Below, piece after piece: positions 53,009 through 63,290 of a DNA stretch of 64,000 nt. Below the pieces are notes generated by a model. It did no database searches, was not told where the DNA came from, and was given only the letters and a program-made list of their open reading frames with translations. A program made the position numbers and the translations under genes. Positions within the stretch are counted from its first letter, which is position 1. Each line of letters begins with the position of its first letter. Origin of the DNA: a virus (lineage: Duplodnaviria > Caudoviricetes); IMG/VR virus record IMGVR_UViG_3300038704_000071, positions 509 to 64,508 of that record; one strand, given 5' to 3'.

Positions 53009-53565
53009 GTCGCAGCCTCACCACTGACATGGCGAACGGACTGCAGGCCCCGGTCGTCCGGCCGATCCTGCTGTTCGAGCTCGAGTTCTCGACGGTCCAG
53101 TATCTCTGGACCGGCATCGGCACGCTGGCATGGAACGCGCAGAACTGGCTGGGCCTCGGCAACATGCTGGAGCTGTCCGCCGTCGAGGAAACCGACAGCA
53201 TCGAGGCCCGCGGCTTCATGCTGAAGCTGTCCGGGGCGCCGCCGGACCAGATCGAACTGGCGCTGGAGGAGCTGCAGACCCGGCGCTACGGCATCATCCG
53301 GCTCGGCCTGCTGGATGCGAGCGGCGCCATCGTGTCGACGCCGAAGATCATGTGCCGCGGTCGCCTCGACGTCGGCGAGATCGACGACAGCAACCCCGAG
53401 AAACCGATCATCTCGCTTCAGTACGAGAACGAGCTGATCGACTTGGAGCGCGCCCGGGAGTGGCGCTACACCGATGAGCACCAGAAGCTGCTGCACGATG
53501 GTGATGCCAGCCTGCGGTACATCTCGCGCTATGCCGATCTGGTCATCTACTGGGGGCGGGGATGA
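53005..53565 (+). CDS. Tail tip/hub protein
   Basis: YLWTGIGTL.WN...W.GLG, WRYTDEHQK. Confidence 0.72.
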   Translation: MSRSLTTDMANGLQAPVVRPILLFELEFSTVQYLWTGIGTLAWNAQNWLGLGNMLELSAVEETDSIEARGFMLKLSGAPPDQIELALEELQTRRYGIIRLGLLDASGAIVSTPKIMCRGRLDVGEIDDSNPEKPIISLQYENELIDLERAREWRYTDEHQKLLHDGDASLRYISRYADLVIYWGRG

Positions 53566-53960
53566 GGCGCATCGAGGGCTGGGAAAAGCGGCTCGCGGCC
53601 TACCTGCTGGCGCGAAAGAACATGCCCTTCGAATGGGGGCCCAACGACTGTGCGACCTTCATGTTCGGCGCCGTGGCCACGATCACCGGGCAGGAAATGC
53701 GGCCGGTGTCCTGGTCGTCGGCGCTGGAGGCGATGCGGGTCATCGAAGAGGACGGCGGCCTTGGGCAGGCAGCTTGCGCGCCACTGGGACGGGCTTCTCA
53801 GAACTGGCGCGAGATCCGGCGCGGTGACGTCGCGCTGATCGATCAGGACAGACGGCCGGCAATCTGCGTCTGCACCGGGCAGACCCTGTGCGGTCCGGGT
53901 CCGAACGGTCTGGAGCATGTTCCGCTGGATCGGGCCGTTAATGTCTGGAAGGTGGGCTGA
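53562..53960 (+). CDS. NlpC/P60-like tail protein
   Basis: PFEWGPNDCATF, RRGDVAL. Confidence 0.75.
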   Translation: MRRIEGWEKRLAAYLLARKNMPFEWGPNDCATFMFGAVATITGQEMRPVSWSSALEAMRVIEEDGGLGQAACAPLGRASQNWREIRRGDVALIDQDRRPAICVCTGQTLCGPGPNGLEHVPLDRAVNVWKVG

Positions 53961-54413
53961 TCAGTTCAGTTCGAGAACCCGCTTGCCGGCGGCGATTCCG
54001 GCTCGCCCTGCCGCGGCGTCGACCTCGTTAAGCGTGCAAGCGATCTTCCACCATTCGGTCCCGAGATCGACATAGCGCGTCTCCCCGGCGGCGAGATTGA
54101 GAACCAGCGACGGCGTCGCCTCGCGCCCGCCCACGCACCGCAAATCGTACTGGCCAGGCAGAAGCTCGACGCGGCTCCAACTCATGGTGCCGAGCTGGGA
54201 GATCGTCGTCCGTCCGGCGAGCACCGTCCAGACGATCGGCTGAGGCTTGTCCGCCCTGAAGACATAGAGCGCCGCCTTGCCGGGTGAGGGTGCCGCGAGC
54301 TGACGACCCGCCGCATCGGATGCGGCGTCACTCATCGGCGCCCGCCCTTCGAAAGCCTCGGCGCATGACGCCAAGGCAAGTGCGGCCAAGGCCGCCGCAA
54401 GAACTTTCAGCAT
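53961..54413 (-). CDS. Lipoprotein moron (DUF2846-like)
   Basis: Lipobox LASC; GKAALYVFR...LPGQY; antisense within the tail operon. Confidence 0.72.
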   Translation of the reverse strand: MLKVLAAALAALALASCAEAFEGRAPMSDAASDAAGRQLAAPSPGKAALYVFRADKPQPIVWTVLAGRTTISQLGTMSWSRVELLPGQYDLRCVGGREATPSLVLNLAAGETRYVDLGTEWWKIACTLNEVDAAAGRAGIAAGKRVLELN

Positions 54414-54460
54414 AGAGCGAGCATAGCCATGCACCATGGGCTCATCAACGGCAGGTCGGC

Positions 54461-57400
54461 ATGCGGCTGACCGGCTCCCTTGCGCTCGCCCTGGTGTTGG
54501 TGGCGGGGCCCGCGCACGCGGACCCGATCACCGTCGCCATCTTTGGAGCGGTGTTCGCGGCAAGTTTTTGGGGTGCCGTAACCAGCTTCGCGATCGGGAC
54601 CATCATCTCGATGGCGATCTCGTTCGCCGTCAGCGCCCTCCTGAAGCCCGCCAGCTCTGCCCGCGGCCAGACCTTCCCCGGTACCAGCCAGCCCGTCATC
54701 GACAACAAGATCAACGTCCGGCAGCCGACGGCGCCGCGACAGGTGATCTATGGCGAGGCCCGCGTCGGCGGCGTCTTCGGCTTCATGCACACCACCAACA
54801 GCAACAAGTATCTCCACTTGATCGTGCTGATGGCGGGGCATGAGGTCCACCAGTTCGCCCAGATCTGGATCGGCGACGAAGCCTTCGTGTCCTATGAGAA
54901 CGCCGGCTCCGCGGCCCCGGGCGATCTCGTCATCGACTCCAACGGCTTCGTGCCGTCGCCCAGCCAGTTCGCCGGCAAGGTCAGGGTCCGCCCGTTCAAG
55001 GGTGCGCCGGGCCAGACCATCGACGCCGATCTGCTGGCCGAATGCAGCGCCGTCCTGACTTCGGCCGACACCTTTGCCGGCATGTCCGGGCTCTACGTCC
55101 GGCTGGAATTCGATCAGGCGATCTTCCGCGACATCCCGAACATCACCGCCGTGATCAAGGGCAAGAACGACGTCTATGACCCCCGCACCGATACCACGGG
55201 CTGGTCGGTCAATTCGGCGCTCTGTGTCGCGAACTATCTCTGCGATCCGACCTATGGGCTCGGGGTCGATTACGCGACCGGCATCGACGAGGCCGCGCTG
55301 ATCGCGGCGGCAAATGCCTGCGACGAGCAGGTCGAGCTCGTGGCCGGCGGTTATGAGAGCCGGTTCGAGACCTATGGCTCCTTCAAGTCCAGCGACCAGC
55401 CAAAGGAAGTGCTGGGGCGGTTGGTCGGCGCCATGCGCGGGCATGCCCCGTTCGATGGCGAGCGCTGGCGCATCCTGGCCGGGGTCTATCAGACGCCGAC
55501 GATCACGCTGACCGCCAACGATCTCCGCAGCGGGCCCAAGATCCAGACGCTGACCTCGCGGCGCGACCGCTTCAACGCCGTGAAGGGCGTCTACATCGAT
55601 CCGGTCCGGTTCTGGCAGGAAGCCGACTTCCCGCCGATCGTCTCGGAATCCTATGCCACAATCGATGGCGAGGCGATCTATCGCGACATCATGCTGCCGT
55701 TCACGCGGGCGGCGTCGATGGCGCAGCGCATCGCCAAGATCGACCTCCTGCTGAGCCGGCACGAGCTGCGGGTTTCGCTGCCGTGCAATCTCTCGGCCTG
55801 GCGGGTGCAGGCCGGCGATACGGTCTATCTGACCTACGAGCGCTACGGCTGGACCGACAAGGTCTTTGAAGTGCGATCGACCTCGTTCGCGGTCGAGGAT
55901 AATGCCCTCGGCGTCGATCTGGAGTTGGCGGCGACCTCGCTGGAGGCCTACGACTGGGCGACCTCCGAAGAGGTGCCGGTCGATCCCAACGACGGCACCA
56001 ATGGGCCCGACGCCAACACCGTGGCGCCGCCGACGAACCTGACCGTGACGGAGGAGGTCTACGAGACGGCACCGGGCCAGGGCGTCAAGAGCCGGCTGCT
56101 GATCGACTGGGACCCGTCGCCCGATGGCTTCCTGATCGGCTACCAGGTCGAGATGAAGCTGCAGTCGGTGACGGATTGGGACCAGACCCACATCCTCGGC
56201 CGCACCGCCACCACGGAAACCCACTGGACCGTCGATGACGTCGCCGTGGGCTACTACCACGTCCGCGTCGCCGCGATTAACACCGTGGAGCGCCGCTCGA
56301 CCTTCATCCAGGAGAGCGTGACCGTCAGCGGCGATACGACGCCGCCGGAAGACGTCACCGGCTTCACCCAGACGGCCGGCGTCTCCGGCTTCACGACCTT
56401 CGAATGGGATGCCGCGGTCGACGAGCGCGCCCGCAACGGCACCGTCGAGATCCGCTTCGAGGCCGTCACCACGGGCGCCACCTGGGCCACCGCGACGACG
56501 ATCTTCACCGGGGCCGGGACCACGACGAACGCCGCGCTGCTGACCGAGATCGGCACCTATCTGATCAAGTTCCGGTCGGCCACGGGCGTCTATTCGACCA
56601 ACGCCGCTGTGGTGGTCATCACGACCAAGGAACAGCCGCAGGTCGGGGTCGAGATCGTCGACGAGATGCCGACGGCGGACCTCTACGACGGCCGCATGGT
56701 CTATCTCACGACCAATGACGGCGACTTCATCGCCGGGAAGCTCTATCGCTACGATGCCAGCATCCCCGGCTGGACCGCCGCCGTTCCTGCCGAAGATATC
56801 ACCGGCCAGATCACCGACGACCAGATCGCCGACATGGCTGCAGCGAAGCTCACCGGCGAGATCGAAGAGACACAGATCGCCGACGACGCGATCTCGACGC
56901 CGAAGCTGCAGGCCGGCGCCGTGGTCACCGCCAAGCTCGCGGCCGCGGCCGTCACGGCGGAAAAGATCCTGATCGCCGACTACACGAACTTCGTCGAGAA
57001 CTACAGCTTCAGCCTCGGCGATGCCGGGTGGAACCTGCGGGCGAACTCCGCGATCACGGCGGGTAACGGCTACAACGGGTCCGGCTACCACCTCCTCATC
57101 AACACCGGCTTCTCGTCCGGCATCATCGAGAACGGCTACGTCTTCACGGTGACGCCGGCGCAGGTCTACGTCCTGAAGGCCGTGGTGCAGCGGCTCTCGA
57201 CGCCGAATGTCGGCATCAATGTGAAGCTGAAGTTCCTGAATGCGGCGGGATCGGAGGTCTCCGGCACCGGCAACGTGCTAACCTGGACCTCGGCCAGCAG
57301 CAGCTCCTACAGCGAGCAGGTCACGACCTCGGCGAACATCGTCGTGCCGGCCACCGCGATTCAGGCCGTGGTGCAGGTCTACAAGTCGTCGGGCTCCAAT

Positions 57401-58540
57401 CTCTCCGGCGGCACCTATCGCATCGGTTCGGTCTCGGTCCTGAAGAAAGGCGGCGGCGAGGTCATCGTCGACGGCTCCATCCTGGCGGCGAACATCGCGA
57501 CCAACGCGATCACCGCCGACAAGATCACGGCCGGTGCCGTCACCGCGGCGAAGCTCAGCGTCTCGACACTCTCGGCGATCACGGCCGACATGGGCTCCGT
57601 CACGGCGGGCACCGTGACCGGTGCGATCCTGCGCACCAGCAGCGGCAACACCCGGATCGAGATGCGGGGCGACGGGCTGTTCCCGAATGCCATCACGCCC
57701 TACGTCAACATCGGCGGCGTCTCGACGCCCGTAGCGACGTTCGGCGGCGATATCACGACCGGGCTAGGGGTGCTGCAGATCGCCGGCAGCCTGCCGATCT
57801 CCTACCCGATCCGTGCCGTCAACGAATCGACCACCGGCGGCGGCGGCGGCGACGGGGGCGGCGCGGCGAAGTTCCAAAGCACCGGCGGCTGGACCATCGA
57901 GGCGACGCAGACCACGGCCGGGGCCGGCTCGCCGTTGCCGAACACCGCGATCCGCGGCGCCAGCTCGACCGGCGGCACGGCCGATATCGGCCGTTCCAGC
58001 GGGTCCGGCAGCTGGTCGGTCTATGCCGTCAGCGGCACCGGCTACGGTCCTTTCACCGGGGCGCACGATGGCCTGCTACCGGTCGCCGTCGAGCCGGAAG
58101 TCGGAGACCTGCTGGTCGATGACGCCGTCGTGGCGAAGTCGATATCGGATGTCCTCTGCACGATGACGCTGTCGGCTTCGGCGAACCAGGCTGGCGTGCT
58201 GGGCGTCTTCGTCAACCGCTACGCCCCGATCGCCGAATGGGCGCCGGCGGCGATGACCGAAGCCGACGGCATCACGCCGGTGACGGAGTGGGCGTACTAC
58301 CTCGCCACGCACGATCTGGTCGTCATCAACGCCGTGGGCGAGGGCAGCGTCAATGTCTGCGGCCAGGGCGGCGACATCGCCAAGGGCGATCTGCTCTGCG
58401 CCTCCGACTTGCCGGGCAAGGCGATGAAGCAGGCCGACAACATCGTGCGCAGCACCTCCGTCGCCCGCGCGCGCGAGGACATGACCTTCGCCGCGCCGGA
58501 AGAGGTCAAGCAGATCGCCTGCGTCTACGGCTGCGGCTGA
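54461..58540 (+). CDS. Central tail fibre / host-specificity protein (J-like)
   Basis: PRQVIYGEARVGG, FNAVKGVYIDP, FN3-like segments, distal carbohydrate-binding-like region. Confidence 0.9.
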   Translation: MRLTGSLALALVLVAGPAHADPITVAIFGAVFAASFWGAVTSFAIGTIISMAISFAVSALLKPASSARGQTFPGTSQPVIDNKINVRQPTAPRQVIYGEARVGGVFGFMHTTNSNKYLHLIVLMAGHEVHQFAQIWIGDEAFVSYENAGSAAPGDLVIDSNGFVPSPSQFAGKVRVRPFKGAPGQTIDADLLAECSAVLTSADTFAGMSGLYVRLEFDQAIFRDIPNITAVIKGKNDVYDPRTDTTGWSVNSALCVANYLCDPTYGLGVDYATGIDEAALIAAANACDEQVELVAGGYESRFETYGSFKSSDQPKEVLGRLVGAMRGHAPFDGERWRILAGVYQTPTITLTANDLRSGPKIQTLTSRRDRFNAVKGVYIDPVRFWQEADFPPIVSESYATIDGEAIYRDIMLPFTRAASMAQRIAKIDLLLSRHELRVSLPCNLSAWRVQAGDTVYLTYERYGWTDKVFEVRSTSFAVEDNALGVDLELAATSLEAYDWATSEEVPVDPNDGTNGPDANTVAPPTNLTVTEEVYETAPGQGVKSRLLIDWDPSPDGFLIGYQVEMKLQSVTDWDQTHILGRTATTETHWTVDDVAVGYYHVRVAAINTVERRSTFIQESVTVSGDTTPPEDVTGFTQTAGVSGFTTFEWDAAVDERARNGTVEIRFEAVTTGATWATATTIFTGAGTTTNAALLTEIGTYLIKFRSATGVYSTNAAVVVITTKEQPQVGVEIVDEMPTADLYDGRMVYLTTNDGDFIAGKLYRYDASIPGWTAAVPAEDITGQITDDQIADMAAAKLTGEIEETQIADDAISTPKLQAGAVVTAKLAAAAVTAEKILIADYTNFVENYSFSLGDAGWNLRANSAITAGNGYNGSGYHLLINTGFSSGIIENGYVFTVTPAQVYVLKAVVQRLSTPNVGINVKLKFLNAAGSEVSGTGNVLTWTSASSSSYSEQVTTSANIVVPATAIQAVVQVYKSSGSNLSGGTYRIGSVSVLKKGGGEVIVDGSILAANIATNAITADKITAGAVTAAKLSVSTLSAITADMGSVTAGTVTGAILRTSSGNTRIEMRGDGLFPNAITPYVNIGGVSTPVATFGGDITTGLGVLQIAGSLPISYPIRAVNESTTGGGGGDGGGAAKFQSTGGWTIEATQTTAGAGSPLPNTAIRGASSTGGTADIGRSSGSGSWSVYAVSGTGYGPFTGAHDGLLPVAVEPEVGDLLVDDAVVAKSISDVLCTMTLSASANQAGVLGVFVNRYAPIAEWAPAAMTEADGITPVTEWAYYLATHDLVVINAVGEGSVNVCGQGGDIAKGDLLCASDLPGKAMKQADNIVRSTSVARAREDMTFAAPEEVKQIACVYGCG

Positions 58541-58583
58541 CGTTGAACGCCGAACGCCGTTCGCCCTTCAAACAGGAGCTGCC

Positions 58584-58844
58584 ATGTCCGATCCCGTCGT
58601 CATGCCGCGCGAGGCGCTGGAAGCCATGCTCGAGGATGCCGCGGAGCGAGGCGCCAAGAAGGCGCTCGCGACCGTCGGCCTCGGAGACGAGGAAGCGCCC
58701 GAGCACATCCGCGGTCTCCGCGATCTCTTCGCCATGTACCGCGTCGTGCGCAACGGTGCCCTGAAGCAGATCGGGCAGGGCATCGCGCTGGTCCTGATCG
58801 GCGCCCTTGTCCTGTTCGTCTCGACGAAGATCCCAACCAAGTAG
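58584..58844 (+). CDS. Holin-like protein (DUF6127-like)
   Basis: LEAMLEDAAERGAKKALATVGL...DL; C-terminal TM segment. Confidence 0.62.
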   Translation: MSDPVVMPREALEAMLEDAAERGAKKALATVGLGDEEAPEHIRGLRDLFAMYRVVRNGALKQIGQGIALVLIGALVLFVSTKIPTK

Positions 58845-58851
58845 GTCCATC

Positions 58852-59415
58852 ATGACGGAAGCTGACTACCAGGCGGCCGCCGAGAAGCTCGGCGTCGATG
58901 TTGCGGCGGTTAGGGCGGTCGCTGAGGTCGAGGCCAGCGGGCAGACCATGTGGAGCATCGCCGGGCATCCCCGCCCGCCGATCCGCCTCGAGGCGCACTG
59001 GTTCGGCAAGCTGACCGGCTACCGGTTCAACGAATCGCACCCACACATCTCGCGCCAGCAGTGGACGCCGTCGGTCGCCGCCAAGACCCGCCTGGAGGCG
59101 TGGGCACAGTTCGACGAAGCCTCGGCGCTCGACGAGCGCGCCGCCATCCAGGCGACCAGCTGGGGGCTCTTCCAGATCATGGGGTTCCACTACCAGGCGC
59201 TGGGTTTCCCGACGCCCCATGAATTCAAGGCGGCGGCATTCACCGAAGCCGGCCAGCTCGATCTGTTCGTGCGGTTCATCATCGCGAACCGGCCTCTGCA
59301 AGACGCCCTGCAGCGCAAGGACTGGCACGCTTTCGCCGCCGGCTACAACGGCCCCGGCGCCGTCGGTGTCTATGGGCCGAAGATCGCCAACGCGTACGAA
59401 AGGCACGCCCGATGA
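58852..59415 (+). CDS. Endolysin, N-acetylmuramidase (DUF3380) family
   Basis: AVAEVEASG, IRLEAHWF, ATSWGLFQIMGFHY, FAAGYNGP. Confidence 0.92.
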   Translation: MTEADYQAAAEKLGVDVAAVRAVAEVEASGQTMWSIAGHPRPPIRLEAHWFGKLTGYRFNESHPHISRQQWTPSVAAKTRLEAWAQFDEASALDERAAIQATSWGLFQIMGFHYQALGFPTPHEFKAAAFTEAGQLDLFVRFIIANRPLQDALQRKDWHAFAAGYNGPGAVGVYGPKIANAYERHAR

Positions 59416-59735
59416 CCATCACCAAGGACGAAGTCGCCGCCTTCATGCGGCACGTCTACACCGCCGTCGGCGCCGGGACCGTGGTCGCCGTGGCGTTCGG
59501 TTTCATGGGCCAGGAAGACGCCGACAAGGTGATCGAGGTGGTGAAGCAGCTGGGCGAGGGGCTCGGCATTGTCGTCGGCGCCATCGCGGCGTTGCTGCCG
59601 ATCATCAACGCCCTGCGCGCCAGCCGGAGCGCCAGCCCGACGGCCCAGATCCGCAAGGTCGAGAGCCTGCCCGACGTGACGGTCGTCCCGATCACGCCGA
59701 AGGGCGACGAGATGGTGGAGAAGGCGAAGAAGTAG
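59412..59735 (+). CDS. Holin-like membrane protein
   Basis: Two TM segments, directly after the endolysin. Confidence 0.65.
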   Translation: MTITKDEVAAFMRHVYTAVGAGTVVAVAFGFMGQEDADKVIEVVKQLGEGLGIVVGAIAALLPIINALRASRSASPTAQIRKVESLPDVTVVPITPKGDEMVEKAKK

Positions 59736-59770
59736 CCGGCCGCCGGTCGGTTCAAACCCAGGAGAGAACG

Positions 59771-60190
59771 ATGAAGAAGATGGCAACGGCCCTCGCGGCC
59801 GCGATGATGCTTGCCCTGATGGCCGTCCTGCCGGCCTGCAGCGGCACCGTGCAGGAGCGACAGGAGAGCGCCGATCAGGTGTTCGGCACCGCCAAGATGA
59901 GCCTCGTGGTCGCGACCGGACTCGTGAGCGTCTACAACCTGATGCCGGTGTGCAGCGACCAGAGCCTGCCGCCGCCGCTCTGCTACAGCGAGGCCGTCGG
60001 CGACATCCTCAACAAGGGGCTTGCGGGCGCCGCTGCCGCCATCGAGTCCAGCGAGGCCATCTTCGCCGCGGCCAACACCGACGAAGCCGCGCGCCTGAAG
60101 GCGGCGAACGTCGCCCAGGCCATCATCGCCGAGCTGCTGCGCAACCTCACCAAGTTCGGACTGACGCAGATCAAGTCGGGTGCGGGCTGA
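59771..60190 (+). CDS. Lipoprotein in the lysis cassette
   Basis: Signal peptide with lipobox LPAC. Confidence 0.65.
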   Translation: MKKMATALAAAMMLALMAVLPACSGTVQERQESADQVFGTAKMSLVVATGLVSVYNLMPVCSDQSLPPPLCYSEAVGDILNKGLAGAAAAIESSEAIFAAANTDEAARLKAANVAQAIIAELLRNLTKFGLTQIKSGAG

Positions 60191-60420
60191 TGTGGAGCGC
60201 GATCGCGACCATGGCCGCCGCCGCCCTGGGCTTCCTCGGCAAGCTGATGGCGGGCGACGGCGGCAAGGCCGACCAGCGCGAGCTAGGCCGCGCCGAACAG
60301 CAGGTCACCGATCTGAAGACGGGCACGGCGACCATCCGCGCCGCGACCGAAGCCGCCCACGAAGCCGAAACCCGACCGGAGCCCGACCATGATCCGAACG
60401 ATCGCAGCTTGCGCCGTTAG
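60190..60420 (+). CDS. i-spanin (Rz)-like protein
   Basis: N-terminal TM segment plus helical periplasmic region; overlaps a lipoprotein gene. Confidence 0.6.
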   Translation: MWSAIATMAAAALGFLGKLMAGDGGKADQRELGRAEQQVTDLKTGTATIRAATEAAHEAETRPEPDHDPNDRSLRR

Positions 60421-60637
60421 CCTGGCGCTGGGCGGCTGCCTTGGCGATGACGCCCCGCCGCCCGTGACCGCCATGCCGACCTCTGCCGCGGCCTGCGAGG
60501 CGCTGCGGCCGGGCTTCCCGGTGCGCGAGATCACCTATGACGGCAAGGCCGACACGCCGCAGACCGTGACCGAGGTGCGCGCCGGCAACACGCGGGCCCG
60601 CTCGCTCAACGCCCGCTTCGAGGCGACGTGCCCGTGA
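60389..60637 (+). CDS. o-spanin (Rz1)-like lipoprotein
   Basis: Lipobox LGGC; overlaps the Rz-like gene. Confidence 0.65.
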   Translation: MIRTIAACAVSLALGGCLGDDAPPPVTAMPTSAAACEALRPGFPVREITYDGKADTPQTVTEVRAGNTRARSLNARFEATCP

Positions 60638-60668
60638 TGGGTGCCTTGATCAAGGGGGACGCCGGGCG

Positions 60669-61103
60669 ATGAGCGTCATCATATTCTTGGTGCTGCTGGC
60701 GGCGGCAATCATGGCGACGCTCTTCGTCTATAGCGGCGTCGTTTTCGGCATTCCAGGCAACGGGCTGCGGGTGTTTGTGCTAGTCGCCTTGGCTATTCTG
60801 GCGGCCTGGCAGTGCACGACCGCGATGGCGCACGGTGACGCCGCCTGGATCATGGCCGAGCCGCGCTACGTCGACCGCGACGGCGTCCACTGCTGCGGCC
60901 CGTCGGACTGCCGCCGCGAGCACGCCGCCAAGTTCCGCGAGACGCCGGCCGGGATCGAGATCGTGACCGGTGCCGGCGACGTGGTCCTGATGCCGCGCCA
61001 CCTGGTCGGGCAGGGGCTCTATCCGTCGATCAATCAGGACTGGTGGGTCTGCGTCCGCGGCGGCGTCGTGCGGTGCGTCTTCAAGCCGACGACGGGAGGG
61101 TGA
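60669..61103 (+). CDS. Membrane or secreted Cys-rich protein
   Basis: Two hydrophobic segments, HCCGPSDC, VRCVFKP. Confidence 0.62.
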   Translation: MSVIIFLVLLAAAIMATLFVYSGVVFGIPGNGLRVFVLVALAILAAWQCTTAMAHGDAAWIMAEPRYVDRDGVHCCGPSDCRREHAAKFRETPAGIEIVTGAGDVVLMPRHLVGQGLYPSINQDWWVCVRGGVVRCVFKPTTGG

Positions 61104-61105
61104 GC

Positions 61106-62092
61106 ATGGCCGCCGAAGTCCGGCATGGCGATGCCGCCTCCGTTCTGCGTGCCATGCCGGCCGCGTCCGTCGACATGATCTATCTCGATCCGCCGTTCGG
61201 AACGCAGGTCGATTGGGTCGGGAAGGCGGGCCGATTCAGCGACAAGTTCAAGTGGGACGACGAAAGCAAATCCCTGTGGGCGCAAATGACGTCCGCCCAT
61301 CCGGTGCTCGCCAGCATCCTCGAAGGGGCCACCGTAGCGCCGCGCGACCGTGCCTACTTGGTTCGCATGGTGCTCCTATTTGCCGAGCTTCGCCGCGTCC
61401 TGCATCCGGCCGGCACGCTATGGCTGCACTGCGACGACACCATGTCGGCTTATCTGCGGTTGGCGCTCGACGGCGTCTTCGGCATTGAGCGGGCCATGGG
61501 CGGCGTGATCTGGAAGCGGACGAATGCCCACAACACGGCCCGCAGCTTCGGCAGGGTCCACGACTCCATCTTCGTCTATGGCCTGACCCGCGCGGCTAAA
61601 TGGCGACTACACCGGACGCGACACCCATTGATCCAGGGCGACCCATGCGAGGGCGCAGTGGTCGTCGATGGCTTCATCGACAAGCTGTTCCTGAACCCAA
61701 CCAGCAAGGAACGCGTCGGCTACCCGACACAGAAGCCGGTCGCGCTGCTGGAGCAATTCATCGCGGCCGCCACGATGGCAGGCGACGTCGTGCTCGATCC
61801 GACATGCGGCAGCGGCACGACCTTGGTCGCCGCCACGAAGATGGGGCGCCGCGCCATCGGCATCGATGCCTCGGCCGATGCCTGCGCCGTGGCTCGACGA
61901 CGCCTCGCCGAAATGGAGAGTGAGACCAATGGGAAAGCATGCCGGGAATCGGGGAAGGGCTCGCGGCGTCCGCGTCGCGCCGGAAGCGTGGGAGACCTTT
62001 TTGAGCCTGCTCCCCACGATGAGCGCTATCGAAATCAGCAAACAACCCGGCATGCCGTCAGCGCCGGCTTTTATCAGGAAGCGGCGGACTGA
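61106..62092 (+). CDS. N6-adenine/N4-cytosine DNA methyltransferase (beta class)
   Basis: IYLDPPF, YPTQKPVALLE, VLDPTCGSGTT. Confidence 0.9.
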   Translation: MAAEVRHGDAASVLRAMPAASVDMIYLDPPFGTQVDWVGKAGRFSDKFKWDDESKSLWAQMTSAHPVLASILEGATVAPRDRAYLVRMVLLFAELRRVLHPAGTLWLHCDDTMSAYLRLALDGVFGIERAMGGVIWKRTNAHNTARSFGRVHDSIFVYGLTRAAKWRLHRTRHPLIQGDPCEGAVVVDGFIDKLFLNPTSKERVGYPTQKPVALLEQFIAAATMAGDVVLDPTCGSGTTLVAATKMGRRAIGIDASADACAVARRRLAEMESETNGKACRESGKGSRRPRRAGSVGDLFEPAPHDERYRNQQTTRHAVSAGFYQEAAD

Positions 62093-62747
62093 TCCCGTGT
62101 TTCGGGCGTGCGCCGAGGCCATCCTGCGGACGCGCCGACTGAACAACAGCGGCCGCCCGCGCGTCACGGCGGATCGCGTCGACCGATTCCTGCTGCGGCT
62201 CAAGGAGGTCGGGCCTCGCGTCGCGATGGGTGAGTCCGGCGCGCCGTCGATGGCATGGGTTCAGAAGCGCCGGCTCCGCGACGAGGGCTTTGCCGAGCGA
62301 CTGTCGGCGGCCCGCTTCCTGTTCCGCAAGCTGTACTGCGAGCGCACCGGTCACCAGGGATTCGGCGGCCGACCGGCATGCACGCCCGCCCAGCGAGCAG
62401 CGAAGCGGAAGGCGGAGGGCAAGGTCAGCCGCTTCAACGTCGCGCAGGTGCCGCTACGGGAGCGGCTGCACGGGAACGAACTCTATGCCGCCGTCGCTGC
62501 GGCCGTGCCGCGCCGCCTGCTGGCATATGATCGCGACGACGTGATCGCCGATGTCGTGGCTGGCGTTCTTGATGGCTCGTTCCGTCTCGACGACCTCGCG
62601 GCCGCGGTGAAGCAGAGCATCAAGCAGCACAACCGCCTGTTCGGCGGATACGGCACGGTGTCGATCGATCGGCCGCTATTCCCAGGCAGCGATCTCACCA
62701 TCGGCGACCGGCTCGTCTCACCCGAGGTGCACCCTTACGCCGACTGA
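61929..62747 (+). CDS. Protein with two TerS-like HTH repeats
   Basis: GMPSAPAFIRKRRTDPVF and GAPSMAWVQKRRLRDEGF; overlaps the MTase 3' end. Confidence 0.55.
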   Translation: MGKHAGNRGRARGVRVAPEAWETFLSLLPTMSAIEISKQPGMPSAPAFIRKRRTDPVFRACAEAILRTRRLNNSGRPRVTADRVDRFLLRLKEVGPRVAMGESGAPSMAWVQKRRLRDEGFAERLSAARFLFRKLYCERTGHQGFGGRPACTPAQRAAKRKAEGKVSRFNVAQVPLRERLHGNELYAAVAAAVPRRLLAYDRDDVIADVVAGVLDGSFRLDDLAAAVKQSIKQHNRLFGGYGTVSIDRPLFPGSDLTIGDRLVSPEVHPYAD

Positions 62748-62834
62748 CCAATCTGCGCCACGGCGCACACGAGGTCGGGGACTGGAGCGATCCGGACCCG
62801 GCATGCCCGTCTTGGGTATCCTCCCTCGTAAACT

Positions 62835-62871
62835 CGCCCGCTGCCCTTCGGGGTGGCGGGCGGTTTTTTTT
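62835..62871 (+). terminator. Rho-independent terminator
   Basis: GCCCGCTGCCC-TTCG-GGGTGGCGGGC followed by a T8 run. Confidence 0.8.
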
Positions 62872-63014
62872 CGTTTCGGAAGCGCGCCCCCGGCCACACA
62901 ACCATAAAATGCAGCGGCGTCGCCATTTTTTCACTATTTAACAATGGGTTGGCAACGATGCGGGCTCAGAGGCGCTATTGACAGAATTCATGAGCTCTTG
63001 CAGGAAGCAATCCG

Positions 63015-63290
63015 ATGACGATCTTCGCTATCCTTACCCCGGCAGAGAATCCGCAGTTGGGAAGCGATATCGCCAGGCTTTTTCCCGAGAACCATTTCCA
63101 GGTGGCGCCGAACCAGTGGCTCGTAGCAGCCTCGGGCACTACCGCAAAAGAAGTCAGCGACAAGCTGGACATCACGGAAGGCGGGAAGGGAAAGGCGCTG
63201 ATCATCTCTGTCGGCAACTACTACGGACGGCACTCGACCGATCTGTGGGAGTGGATCAAGGCCAAGTGGGACCTGAAGCCAAATGGCTAA
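63015..63290 (+). CDS. Small alpha/beta hypothetical protein (moron)
   Basis: ORF after an AT-richer spacer; overlaps the next gene. Confidence 0.65.
   Translation: MTIFAILTPAENPQLGSDIARLFPENHFQVAPNQWLVAASGTTAKEVSDKLDITEGGKGKALIISVGNYYGRHSTDLWEWIKAKWDLKPNG

Larger units (their letters stand above)
1..62871. mobile_element. Temperate siphovirus-like prophage (left end truncated, att sites not seen)
   Basis: Ordered integration, early, immunity, replication, packaging, head, tail and lysis modules. Confidence 0.92.

Noticed and set aside
49812-57091. Long minus-strand ORFs 49812-51845 and 54407-57091
   Set aside because: Antisense shadows of the tape measure and tail fibre genes
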